A stretch of 64,000 nt of DNA from Octopus sinensis (Eukaryota). The stretch covers positions 174,778,001 to 174,842,000 of the forward strand of contig NC_042998.1 in the NCBI RefSeq assembly GCF_006345805.1, in the 5' to 3' direction. Made by a program: the position numbers and the translations under genes. A model generated the notes under the pieces. It saw only the letters and a list, made by a program, of their open reading frames with translations, had not been told where the DNA came from and did no database searches. Below are positions 13,606 to 26,139 of the stretch, piece after piece (positions within the stretch are counted from its first letter, which is position 1; every line of letters begins with the position of its first letter).

Positions 13606-14092
13606 TATTTCTTTACTACCCACAAGGGGCTAAACACAGAGGGAACAAACAAGGACAGACAAATGGATTAAGTCGATTACATCGACCCCAGTGCATAACT
13701 GGTACTTAATTTATCGACCCCAAAAGGATGAAAGGCAAAGTCGACTTCGGCGGAATTTGAACCCAGAACGCAACAGCAGACGAAATACGGCTATGTATTT
13801 CGCCCGGCGTGCTAACGTTTCTGCCAGCTCGCCGCCTATATAAATACATTTCAAAAATATATTTCTTTACTACCCACAAGGGGCTAAACACAGAGGGGAC
13901 AAACAAGGATAGACAAACAGATTAAGTCAATTACATCGACCCCAGTGCATAACTGGTACTTAATTTATCGACCCCCAAAAGGATGAAAGGCAAAGTTGAC
14001 CTCGGCAGAATTTGAACCCAGAACGTAACGGCAGACGAAATACCACTACGCATTTTGCCCGGTGTGCTAACATTTCTGCCAGCTCGCCGCCT
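13606..14092 (-). mobile_element. Two head-to-tail SINE B copies separated by a repeated 20-bp target site
   Basis: ATAAATACATTTCAAAAATA at 13586-13605, 13840-13859 and 14095-14114. Confidence 0.9.
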
Positions 14093-14929
14093 AAATAAAT
14101 ACATTTCAAAAATAAAGAATTTACAAGTGAGGTAAATAAATCTATAATTTTTGGGTAATCCTTAACAGCTGTGCTTGAATAAATCTGTTGTAATGGGTAA
14201 AGCAAACAGTGAACTGGCATTTCTTGAGAAAATCATTCTATCTTCTAATAAGAAAATATCATCCTAAAGTCTAAACCATGTCACTTATGTTACCATATTT
14301 CAACTGAAATACACTGCTTTGATTTCAATTAATTAAAAAAATAATAAAGAATTTACTAACTCAGTCATTATCAAGCCAGGATTTGAAACATAAATTAACA
14401 CAAAATTTTGATGGAAGGTTTTTAAATCAGTTTAAAATAGGATGTTCATATCATGAAACTAGGGATGGTTTTGGGTTGATTGTAACCAAGTAGGACCAAA
14501 AGGGATAAGAAAGTTATCAGGTACACTATGCAACTACATAGAAACTTCCAACATATAATTTCATTCTCCTTCTTTATACATTTATGGCCTTGTATCTATT
14601 CCACATCTGAACTACTTCCACTAAAGCATTTATGTAAAATCCCTCATTTAATCTCTTCTAAATTTATCAGATTTCACATACGATTAAAAGAACATTATAA
14701 GTGAACTTTAATTTCAATTCCTTGCAAATCATGTAAATCACAACTTCCCATTTCTCAGAACCTTACAGTTCCTCATGTTCTGATTCTGGTTGGTATCTCT
14801 TTGATGCATTTATACCACTTGGAAATGAATGAATGTCACTATTTCCTATTTTCCTTCTTCTATAAAGCTAAGAGATTGTGTCAACTTTTTAAATAAAGTT
14901 TGACTATAATTATAGATAACACTGAGCAC

Positions 14930-15360
14930 AGCAACAGTCAACTCTGATGAAGCAGACCTATGATCAAAGCTATTCCAACCATGACCTTCTCATTTTCTGT
15001 ATCAGGAACTACTATTGTCCAATATCATCTTTATTTAAGATGGTAGGTCTGATTTGAGGGGAAATTAGGCTGTTATTTCAGGCGAGTCAAGTGATTACAT
15101 AGAGACTCACTTGTTCAATTTCAGCAAACAGTTAAAAACTATAAGAAGCCTCTATGTGACCACTTGACTGTTAGAAGTAACAGCCAGGTCACCATTATAT
15201 CACACCATGCTGTCTCTAAAACAGGAAAAGACACATTAGATAATGTAGTCCTAGGTACACTATAGCTGAATAAACAGACAAGGTTGTCATGGCTAGGATA
15301 CTTTTGATCATTGGTTTATTTGATTGGAGACTGTCTTGGGCCAAGCATTAACAAAACAAC
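14930..15360. mobile_element. Head-to-head pair of repeat family D copies
   Basis: Copies at about 14930-15110 (-) and 15148-15360 (+). Further D copies at about 20390-20540, 20880-21012, 31360-31640 and 43910-44130. Confidence 0.6.
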
Positions 15361-15489
15361 TGTGAAGACTGTGGTGCAAAGAAATTTCATTTAAAAACAA
15401 ATTTAAAGCAAATATTGCCATAATTTCAACCACATCCAGAAAAGGGTCAGCCAACTGACTGGCATAAAATTATTCACAAACATGTTCCA

Positions 15490-15710
15490 GTCTCTGGTCC
15501 TCAGATGTGCTGTCTCTTCTCCGCCTTTTCTATTACTACTATAATGGTTTCTACTGCTTAGATCTGGTTTTCAGTCATTCCTGTTTCAGACATCTTCTCA
15601 TCATCCTCTTTGTGTCCAGCCCCCTGGCCCTGAACTAATCCCTACACCCAGTTCTTCCTTCTCAAGTCAGCCCTCTGGGATTCCCTCCTTGTCCCTATCT
15701 TTCCTGCAGA
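15490..15710 (-). mobile_element. RTE-like LINE 3' relic
   Basis: Weak decayed GK...R....W pattern. Confidence 0.3.
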
Positions 15711-16511
15711 TGTTAACTTACATAGATTCATGAAGAATATTAATGGCATTAATTTCACTGTTGTAGGAGGGCCTGCAAAGTTCCTCCAGACCTAATAAAT
15801 CAAAACGTTTGTGTGTGTGTGTGTGTTGTGTGTGTGTGTGTGAGTGAGAGAGAGAGAGAGAAAATAATAATGTAGTCGCAAAATATTAATTCTAAGTTGT
15901 ACAGTCACATTACCAAAGACTGATATTTTGAATTCATTTGTACCACATCCCAGGCAAAAATAATGCCCGTTAGTGTTCTTCCTTTAATTGCAATTAAGCT
16001 TGTGCTTGTTAGGATTAAAATAGTATTTTGTTCTTATAAACCTCACTGGAGGTTTATAAGTCTTAAAAATTCACTCTGAAACTGCTTACAATCATAGTGT
16101 AGTGGATAAAGGCACTGAAATGTGGTGCTGTCACCTAGAGGTTATGAATTCAATTCCATAAGATGAATCACAAAACACCTGAGGAGTGAGGAGCATAGAC
16201 AGTTGAAATGTAGTAAAAGCAGTAATCAAGATGAGAGGACACTTCCCTGACTACATGAAGTTTGTTTTGGAGGATAGAGTAGTTACAAAAAAAAACACAC
16301 AGTGTGCAGTCGTGTCTTAAAATAGGAGGCAGCATGGCATATTTAGGGAGAGTAAGATTTGTGGTTCACATGCCAGTGTGCAACCAGCAATGTGCCACGG
16401 GGAAGACTGAGATTACACAAACCACAAAGAAGTAAATACACACCACTTGAGATGTTAGAACTAGTAGCTAAATCTCCCTCAAATTACATCCTAATCATAA
16501 TGCAATCCTAT

Positions 16512-16918
16512 ACTCTTTACTCTTTTACTTGTTTCAGTCATTTGACTGCGGCCATGCTGGAGCACCGCCTTTAGTCGAGCAAATCGACCTCAGGACTTAC
16601 TCTTTGTAAGCCCAGCACTTATTCTATCTGTCTCTTTTGCCGAACCACTAAGTGACGGGGATGTAAACACACCAGCATCAGTTGTCAAGCAATGCTAGGG
16701 GGACAAACACAGACACACAAACACACACACATATATATATACATATATACAACAGGCTTCTTTCAGTTTCTGTCTACCAAATCCACTCACAAGGCATTGG
16801 TCAGACCGGGGCTATAGCAGAAGACACTTGCCCAAGATGCCACGCAGTGGGACTGAACCCGGAACCATGTGGTTGGTTAGCAAGCTACTTACCACACAGC
16901 CACTCCTGCGCCTATATG
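16512..16918 (-). mobile_element. SINE family A, full length
   Basis: Reverse complement of the A pattern. Confidence 0.9.
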
Positions 16919-17849
16919 CATAAAGATTGGGTGGTTTACAGTTGATCTGGTACTAAATACTAACAGAGGTACACAACTAAACCTCACCATTCTATTTTAT
17001 AGAGAAACCAGTAATTAGCTGACACTTTCTAAACTTTCTTGGTAGTTTTGCAACTTAGCTGGTATGAGATGCCTTTTATTTCACATTGAGTCTATGCATA
17101 TGATAGGTATATGTCAATGGTTTGCCTTTTGTTTTTATACTTCTCTAAATAATTGTTTATTTTATTCCCTATTCTATCATTAATGTATACAAGTGTACAT
17201 TAAACTATGGATGTGAATTAAACATACTGTTTCTATCATGGGAATAGTTTTAGAATTCCACTGGGAAGCCACTGTTGGACCATGATGTATAGTTATGATA
17301 GATATCTGAAGATTTGAATTTATTCTGATCAGCTTCGCCTGGCCTCCGTGCCAGTGGCACGTAAAAAGCACCATCCGATCGTGGCCGTTTGCCAGCCTCA
17401 TCTGGCACCTGTGCCGGTGGCACGTAAAAAGCACCTACTACACTCACGGAATGGTTGGCGTTAAGAAGGGCATCCAGCCATAGAAACATTGCCAGATCAG
17501 ACTGGGCCTGGTGCAACCTTCTGGCTTCCCAGACCCCAGTTGCACCGTCCAACCCACGCCAGCATGGAAAGCGGACGCTAAACGATGATGATTATCAACT
17601 CTATTCTCTATTACTCATTGCTTTGAGGTAAATTATTATTGTGGACATATTTAATTAATGCAATTACAACAAATTGATAACAGAAATTTGCAACTCTAAC
17701 AATTAGTTAATACAAACAACGGAGTTGAAAAACCAGTTAAATCTTGACAATATTGAAAAAGCAGATGCATGCATGCCTACAACAAGCATTTTAAGTCCAT
17801 TTTCCCAACTAAAATACAAGTCCTGTGGGCCCTATGACAATCTATTCCA

Positions 17850-18230
17850 TTTTGACCTGTCCTCTACAACCTCTCCCCAAACCTCTTGTCAACATTTTCT
17901 CCATCATCATCTTTAGCCTTGTCGTTCTTGGTCTTCACCTTCCCCTACATCCTTCATTTCCATTACTCTGCTCATCCAGTCACTGTAGTCCTTCTTCAGC
18001 ACATGACCCAACCCTCTCATCTCATTTTACTTCATAATATTCATTTCTGGCTCTATTTCCTATTATAATCTATAATTCAAAGTTTGTCTTCCTTTATTCA
18101 TCCACCACATCATTTTTATTTTTTCCAGCCTTTTCTTGTCACTAATTCTGTTATAAGCAGTATAAATATTTTCCTTCAGTTTCAATAACACTGCCCTCCT
18201 CAGCATTCCACTCAGTTCTTGAAACTTCCA
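17850..18230 (-). mobile_element. RTE-clade LINE relic
   Basis: Decayed ELSGML...LKLKENIY...LGHVLKKD, resembling RTE C-terminal motifs. Confidence 0.5.
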
Positions 18231-18231
18231 C

Positions 18232-19585
18232 GTGTTTGCTACTTCTATCTGCAATTCAACTTTAGTGTGCTGCAGAGATAAGGTCGGTGAACCATGTTAT
18301 GCAGTTAACAGAGGCTTTTGGATTACTTTCTCTATGTATTCGGATAATTAAATAATTTGTGGACTTAATGCAAATAGTATTTTCCATACAGATATCACCG
18401 AATGAAAGAGAGCAGAATTTTTTTTTTTAAATCCTGTTAGCAAGATTTTTGAAATGATGGAAGGTACAAAGGTAGCAAGTGCTATTTATATACACATGCA
18501 CACAATTGCATGCACATGTAGCAACTATCTCTGAGTGTGATCTCTTGTCTCCATTCAACAAGTCACCTCACACCTTCAATTTTCAGGGCATTTCAAGTTC
18601 AACAGTTCCACCATCTTCTGCTCCTGTCAGATACACTTTACAATTAACAGTACAGTCAAAACAGTTATGACGCAAAGCCAAAGTTTATTAGGTCTAAATC
18701 ACTTGTATTATGTGGCATCACTGCAATCATGAAACTCAGAGATGTCCTACATCCTATAACATTGTAGGATTATTCAACTAAAACTTTAAACTGCATAGAA
18801 AGACTTATCTAAGACATGGCTAAATTTTTAAATCTAAATAAGAAACAAGAACTAGGTAAAGATTTCCCTCTAAAACTCAGTATGCATCTTCCTTCAAGTA
18901 AATTCTTTCCAAAGATAACCCAGAAACTGAACGCTTAAAATTGGTTTTTATTAACAGAATTAATTGTGCTCAGACAAAAATGTTTTCTATTATCAGTAAC
19001 TGGAGAAATTGATGGTGAATTGCTAGGCAATAATGGTGTCAATATTCAATTTCCAACACTGCTAAACCATGCTAATCTTCATAGCAACTTTGAGTAGTAT
19101 AACACCACCATGTAGGACATGCAGAAACTCAAAAGGTGTCCACAAATACAACATGATTTATCTTTTATGGATGAATTAACGTTGCATCTGTAGTTTCCAA
19201 ATAATTTTGTTCTATACTTTATTATAAATAGATACGCATGCTCAGTAAACGATGGGTCTAAATAAAACCTGTTTGCCGTTTCTATCCGCAATTCTGCTTT
19301 AGTGTGCCGCAGGAATAACATCAGTGAACCACGCATCGCAGCAGCTAACAGAGGCCTTCGGATTTGAACTTACTACGGTTTTGGATTACTTTCCCTATTT
19401 ATTCGGATAAATAAATAACTTGTGGACTTAAATTAATGCAAATAGTACTTTTCATACAGATATCACCGAATGAGAAAGAGCAGAGTTTAAAAAGAAGAGA
19501 AAAGAATCATGTTAGCAAAATTTTTGAGATGACGGAAGGTACAAAGGTAACAAGTGCTATTTATGTACACATGCACACAATTGCA
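18232..19585 (+). repeat. Diverged local duplication
   Basis: About 18232-18510 aligns to about 19268-19585, with indels. Confidence 0.85.
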
Positions 19586-19630
19586 TTCAGGAATAAACAC
19601 ATATAATAGATACACATATGTACATAAACG

Positions 19631-19730
19631 TATATACACAAACATTTACATATATACACAAACATTTACGTATATACACAAACATTTACGTATATACACA
19701 AACATTTACGTATATATACAAACATTTACT
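19631..19730. repeat. 20-bp minisatellite, 5 copies
   Basis: TATATACACAAACATTTAC(G/A). Confidence 0.95.
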
Positions 19731-21405
19731 CAGTGTTAAAAAGAAATACTAATTAAATTCAATTACAGAAAGACTAATTAAAGAGAAATATTAACCGAAT
19801 TAACACACTATCACAATAGACGTACAGTGAATGCTGTTTCCTTTTTAATCTGATACACATTTACATCGTCACATACTCATACACAATTGTTCGTTATGAG
19901 CAAGCACTCAAGAGGACGTTAACCTGAGGCGTACACAACATAAACAATAATAAAGAGTTGAAAAATTATGTAATATTCCGATAGAGGTGAGGGTATAGAT
20001 TCAGTAAAACAGGGTCAGAAATGGTCACTGTACTCTAACAGCTAAAACTACAAGGTTCATAGAATAAAAAGCAGGGTAATTTGGCCAAATTCTATTTTGG
20101 AATGAGGTAGTGAGAGGGGGAAGAAACAAACAGCTGGGATTGATAATTAAATTATAACTTTCAATTAGTCGACTGTCAGCCAGGATATTTGCACTCAGAC
20201 TAAATATTCATGACTTTGCAGCACACTGATTGTTTACTTTAAAGGAAAAACGTTAATCCAAAAACTAAATTTTACTAATCAGGCAAGTCAACGGTTCACG
20301 AAGTGTACTTCTGCGTTTTTCAAAACACTGGCCTATAATCTTTTACATTTGGATTAAATTTAGAAATGTTTTCCTCTTGTTTAGCTCCAGGACAGATCTG
20401 AATTGGGCAGACGATTAATCAAAAGGGTTCCTCATTTTCAGACATTGCATCAAAATCCAACATGTATTATTTTTAAGACGGCAGGGCAAGTTGGCTGTTA
20501 TTTCTAGCATATCGAGCAACCACATAGCAGCGTCTTTGATGACTCATGAGCATGTGTGTTGCTCCGGTGTCTTGTTTATTTAAGAATTCGGACATAAACA
20601 CCTTCGAGTGGTATTAAATCAATCAGTAACAGACTGCGGCAATACTAAACAGTAAACACAAACAAGGAAAGATGTTACTGAAGCATTGATACGAATATAT
20701 TTTAATATGAAAACATGAATTAATAAATTAGATATCCTCCTAAAAAGATAATAAACCCGACTATTAGCCTTTCTGGGTAAATTTTCCCCTCATGCTAGTC
20801 AAATTAGGAGGCCACTTCTCAGAAAGTCGGAGATAATTGTCGAGAAATAAAACAAACGAACACATACAAAAAGGGTAAGTTCCACCTTCAAAAGGAAGGA
20901 AACACTGGATAATATAGTCTAGTCTTAGATATACAGTGATCGGTAAAAAGACTGGTTAATCATGGTCCGAATGCCTTTGATCATAGATCTGCTCCGTCAA
21001 GACTGACTCAGGGCTAAAAGCTGGGCAAAATGCTTAGCAGTATTTCGTCTGTTTTACGATCTGAGTTCAAATTCCGCCGAGGTCGACTTTGCCTTTCGAA
21101 GTACCTGTTGAGCACGAGTTGATATATTCGACTTACCCCACTCCCTGGAAATTGCTGGCATTCAGCTAAAAATTGAAACCAATATACACAATATAGAAAG
21201 CGGCGAGCTGGCAAATCGTCACCACACCCGGACAAAACGCATATTGGCATTTCTTCCAACTTTACGTTCTGAGTTCAACTGACCCCGATGTAGAATTGGC
21301 TTTTCATCCTTCCGGGTACTTGGATCGATGTAATCGACTAGTCCCCTTCTCGATATTGCTGACCTTGTACCAAAATTTGAAACCAATACATATACATACA
21401 TACAT

Positions 21406-21484
<79 letters not shown>

Positions 21485-23192
21485 GGTGTGTATGTGTGTT
21501 ACGTCGATGTTATGTTAAAATTGTTTCCATAACAGCATAATGTTTTCTAAAAGAATGCAAGAATAAAAGTCATAGAAACTAAATAAATCTTATTAAAAAA
21601 TTTTAAAAACGGAACTTCCGAGCAGTTGTTCTATAAATTTAGAAATGCGTTTATGAGCTGGACTAGGAATTCTATGTGTTAGGTGTCAGACATTCCACAT
21701 TCTAGTATAATACATACATGCGATCAGAGCCTGTGGTACAAGTTCGATATCTGGTTGATTCAGTTCCATACACTTAGCATTCGTGTGTAGTAGCTCGGAG
21801 ACGAAGAAGAGAAAAGGCCGAACGATCCATTTAAGGTTATATATGTGTTAATAATATGTCCTTCATTTACTACCACACATATATATATGACTAGTCAGAC
21901 ACATAGATAAGTACATTTATAGACGGACATAAATATAATTGAAGCAAAAAGTCAGTCACATATATAGGAAGATACTTAATTAAGTTTTGGAGTGCGATTC
22001 AAAAGTGTGTGGGTTTTTGTTTTTTCAGTTTATTTTTGAATTTGGGGGAACGATCTTTTAGTTTCTGTTTTGGCAGGTCTCAACACGCCAGTTTTTTCAC
22101 ACCCCATCATGCCTTAAGAATAACATCATAAAAAGTGGTATTTCAATTTAAGACAGTTTCAGGATAATATCGAAATTAAAATAGTGAACCATTTCAATTT
22201 TATATATTCAGTTTAAACAGTCTGCAAAAGCTTTTGCAATGAGAAAAACAGAATTGTATTGTAACGTAAAGGGGTAAAAATACCTGAGAGAGAGAGAGAG
22301 AGAGGAGGGGTGGCAGCTCTTCTACTACCACTGAAAAGTATTTCTAGACACGAGTCAACGAAGGACTATATACATAAATCGAAATAACAGCTAAATTGCC
22401 CTTCATTCTCTTAAAAACGAAAGATTATTTTAAAAATCTGCTCGATCTAAACTGACTTCGAATTAGCTGAGATAAACAAATAAATAAATTTCTACATAAA
22501 CGGTTAAGATTCGCAGCTGAAGCCATTCCTTTCATTTAGTATTGCATATGTAAAGGTATAAGCAACACACTCATTTCTACACCCCTAGAAATATGTCACT
22601 TTGTATAAAAAAAAACAAACAAACATATCTCAACACACGATTTCGGTTCTGAGCCAGAATTGGAACCGTTTTTATCATATAAGGGTTCCACCTGCCAAGT
22701 CTCCGAAACACCAACATGAGCTTTATAGTCTTGGCAGATGCTATTCATGTATATATTATACTTTATAATCCTTACAATATAGGAAAAGTATAATCATCAC
22801 AACTTTCATCTCTCAGTAAAAAAAAAAAATTGCTGAAACAACCATAAAACGTTTAGCATCGTCTTCCTATATTTTAGGCAGAAGGCGATCCTTGAATATA
22901 GTTCAAATCTCACAATGTTTGCCTTCAGCTTTCATCTCTCAAAGACCGATGGGGGTGATTTTTATAAACTCTTCTTTCCAAACAAAAACAAAACTGGCCT
23001 TACTCCAAGACAATAGAAATCGACATTGTTCTTTTACAAAGACCACACACACAAAACAAAATATAAATAGATAGACGAGCCAGCAACAGATAACAAATGA
23101 GCTAATTTCAAAACAATCTACAAGTCACTTCGTAAAGTCTTAATCTGGTCGGTCTAATACAACATAAAAGGAACCATTTCGACCTCACTCAC

Positions 23193-23500
23193 CTGTATTT
23201 TTCCTGGGGAAGCAGAGTAAGGTAAATTTAACCCACACGGAATTCAAGAAGACTTATTATTATTATTCTGACTTATATTTTGGTTCTTTGAGACATGAAA
23301 AATGGAATATGCTATAAATTTTTGAAATGAAATAAAGCTTTGGTTTTTGTTTGTTTTTTTGCTGTCGAACGTACACAATATAGTATATGCCTTGCTCGAC
23401 TTGGCGTTCTGTGAATGATTATCGTGGTTCTGTTGTTTTTTGTTTTGTTGATTGGTTATTTTTTTAAACACAACAAAAGGCTGGTTGGTCGGTCGGTTGG
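23193..23500 (-). other. Candidate non-coding first exon (5' UTR) of the TCP11-family gene
   Basis: Consensus donor CAG|GTGAGT at 23192-23187, in a CpG-rich unique region just downstream of the ETS/CRE motif. The upper boundary and the link to the TCP11 exons are inferred. Confidence 0.4.
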
Positions 23501-23752
23501 CTGGCTGGTTGGTTTTAGATTTAGTTGACGTTAGAACATTTTACGAACTACAAACTACGTTTCAAACATTTATATATAGGGTACACATTTAGGGGGGATC
23601 TATATGTCGAAGTTGAGTTGATTCTACAAAACCATTGCCCTCTTATCTAAACATACATGTAAGTATATATATATATATGTGTGGTGGTATACATATGCGA
23701 TGTAATTATGATGGGCATAAGAGCACACAAACTAACGCTCAAATGTTGTTTA

Positions 23753-23791
23753 CGGAAGTGACGTCACAACCACTAGTGATACATTGATTGG
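23753..23791. promoter_or_regulatory. Composite ETS-CRE promoter element plus inverted CCAAT box
   Basis: CGGAAGTGACGTCA at 23753-23766 (ETS core overlapping a full CRE palindrome); ATTGG at 23787-23791. Confidence 0.55.
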
Positions 23792-25150
23792 TTGATTATA
23801 ACTTGTTGTTATTGTCCTCCCTATCCTTCCTCCAACGCACAGAAGCAGACCTCAAAATACGGCTAGAGAGAGAGAAGGAGAGAGAAGAAGAACGGACGAA
23901 TAAGATAAAAACACATGATATGATGGGTCGGGGAGGAATAGAAAGTGAGAGGGTGATATGGAAAGTAAGAATAAGGTATGAGAAAGCTAGAGATAGCGAA
24001 AGAAAACAAACAAAAAGAAAAAAAGAGAGAGAAGGGGTTATATCTAAATTCTACCGTTAGGCATTGCTGTTTTGTTGTCAACGTAATCGAAGTAATATCT
24101 TCAAGTAAATTTTGCTGTGAAAATTATATCAATCGAAGAACAGTAAGGGATAAAACGTTATATTTCATTGAGAAAAACCATAAAAAGCGAGATTAAGACA
24201 AGATCGCCGAAAAAAATGCCTTGCAGCGATAGGGTAGATTCCCCCACCCTCACCCCTCTTGGTTGTGAGTTCAAATCCCATAGGGGTCAACTTTACTTTT
24301 TTTTCGTTCGAGTAAGTCGCACATCTTTAAAAATAACGTGTTTATGCATGAGGAAATTAATCTGAATTGAAGGGAAAATTCAAAAAACGAAATAGCTGTT
24401 CAGCCCGAAGTCAGCCTTGAGCAACCTGAACTAGGGTCAAAGGCATTTTAGCCGTTACCCTCCGGTCTTTTATTCGATGTGATTTGCGTGAGGTCTTGGT
24501 AACATTTTGAGAGGAGAGGTAATAGCTTGAAGGGTGATTGCTCGGTTGGATGTTTGGCTGAGTCGAGACTCGATTTATTAACAGCCATCAGCTTGGTCGC
24601 ATTTCTGCAACTATCTTTGACCATCTGCTATTTATGATCCAAGGCAATTTTTGTACAACTTACAGTCGATTGGATCGTCGCTTCATTAATTCTGGATTAT
24701 GAGAGCCATTTTCGTTGATATATGAATAAATTAAGGCCTCTAGCAGAATATCGTTATTATTCTGAATTTATTTATTTTTTTTTTACTGATATTTATTATA
24801 TTAGAGTGTTTACCGTTATACAAAATTAATAAGAAATATATAAAATCTGAAAGGGGTGGTGAAGCTCGTAAATTTCTTGTTTGAAAATGATGTGGTGGCG
24901 TTTAATGAATATTTAAGTTTTTGCATATAGGAGGTGAGCAATAAGAGTTTGTGACTTTCATATCTTTTCAAAAGGAATTTGAACGGAAAGGAAAGTGACC
25001 TTACAGGGAATGGATCCGGCGGCAGTTCAAGGGAAAAAATATTTATTTATTATTTCAAAAATCTTTTTCATGTACTGGTGATTGCTGGCATTGTCTTTCA
25101 TCTGATCGAGAGAGCCAAATAGTCAAACACATACCTACGTGCGTGCAAAT

Positions 25151-25193
<43 letters not shown>

Positions 25194-25714
25194 CAGGATG
25201 TAAATAGACACCTTTAATTTTCAAACTTTTTAATCTAAGCGTCTTAATATGTTTTCAGCGGTGTAGAATTTACAATGTAATTATTCTTTTTCATTCCAGG
25301 TGCCATTATATTAAACATTTGCGAAGAGTAACCATGCCACGCACAAAAAATTCAGCACAACTGTCAGATTTTCAAAGAGGTCGTATTGTTGGGCAATCTG
25401 AGGCTGGTCTTAGCCAGCGAAAAATTGTCGAAAATCTTCAAATTCCTCTTGCTACTGTTAATAGAATTATAGTGCAATTCAAAAGCCAAGGAAAAGAATC
25501 AACAGACTCTCGTCCCGGCCGACCTGGGCCCTCGGAAAGGAAACTTCGCTGTTTGAATAGAATTGTGGAAAACGAACCCCGTTCGAAGGCTTCTGACATT
25601 GCAAAACAGCTAGAAGTTAGTCCAAGAACGTGTGTTACATATCTGAATAAGCTTGGGTATTATGGACGGGCAGCTAGAAGAAAACCTCTTCTTGAACCAA
25701 TTAATATCAAATAA
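25194..25714 (+). mobile_element. Tc1-like transposon 5' fragment (DNA-binding domain only)
   Basis: ORF MPRTKNSAQLSDFQRGRIVG...GRP...YLNKLGYYGRAARRKPLL: paired-like helix-turn-helix domains, truncated before the DDE domain. No right TIR found. Confidence 0.8.
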
Positions 25715-26139
25715 AAAATTATGAAAATTAAAGTTGTCTATTTACTTCCTGCATGTTTGTGTGTATCCTGTTTTTGTACTTTTTTACGATTCGTATATTT
25801 GATCGATAAATGATAATGATGGCAATCACCAGCATATGAAATAAATAAGTGAAGAAATATATTTGCCCTAAACTGCCTAGAACGTCGATAAAACAAGCTA
25901 ATAAATGATAGTAAGGAGACTTATAACGAAATATTTCTCCTAAAAGTAGGTAGTAGTTTTATGGTAGTTCATCGAATTCGATGATAGCCATTTCGTTCAG
26001 TTGTAGATTCTTTTATAATTACGTCTGTAAAAACTTTATTGCCTTCACAGTGTTTACTGTTTTACAAAATTAAATGAGAAAACTGGACAAAACAGAGAAC
26101 ACAGTTGAAACAATTAAAAAGAAAAAAGAAAAACCCAAA

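Noticed and set aside
14740-14870. Possible minus-strand exon RRKIGNSDIHSFPSG...
   Set aside because: No recognisable homology and ambiguous boundaries; it could be a decayed TE.
16179-16215. CTGAGGA...GAAA hammerhead-like spacing
   Set aside because: No convincing stem II or stem III pairing; at best a heavily decayed relic.
19079-19336. 85-aa Cys-containing ORF
   Set aside because: No recognisable homology; the TCP11 start exon has an upstream in-frame stop, so it cannot extend that protein.
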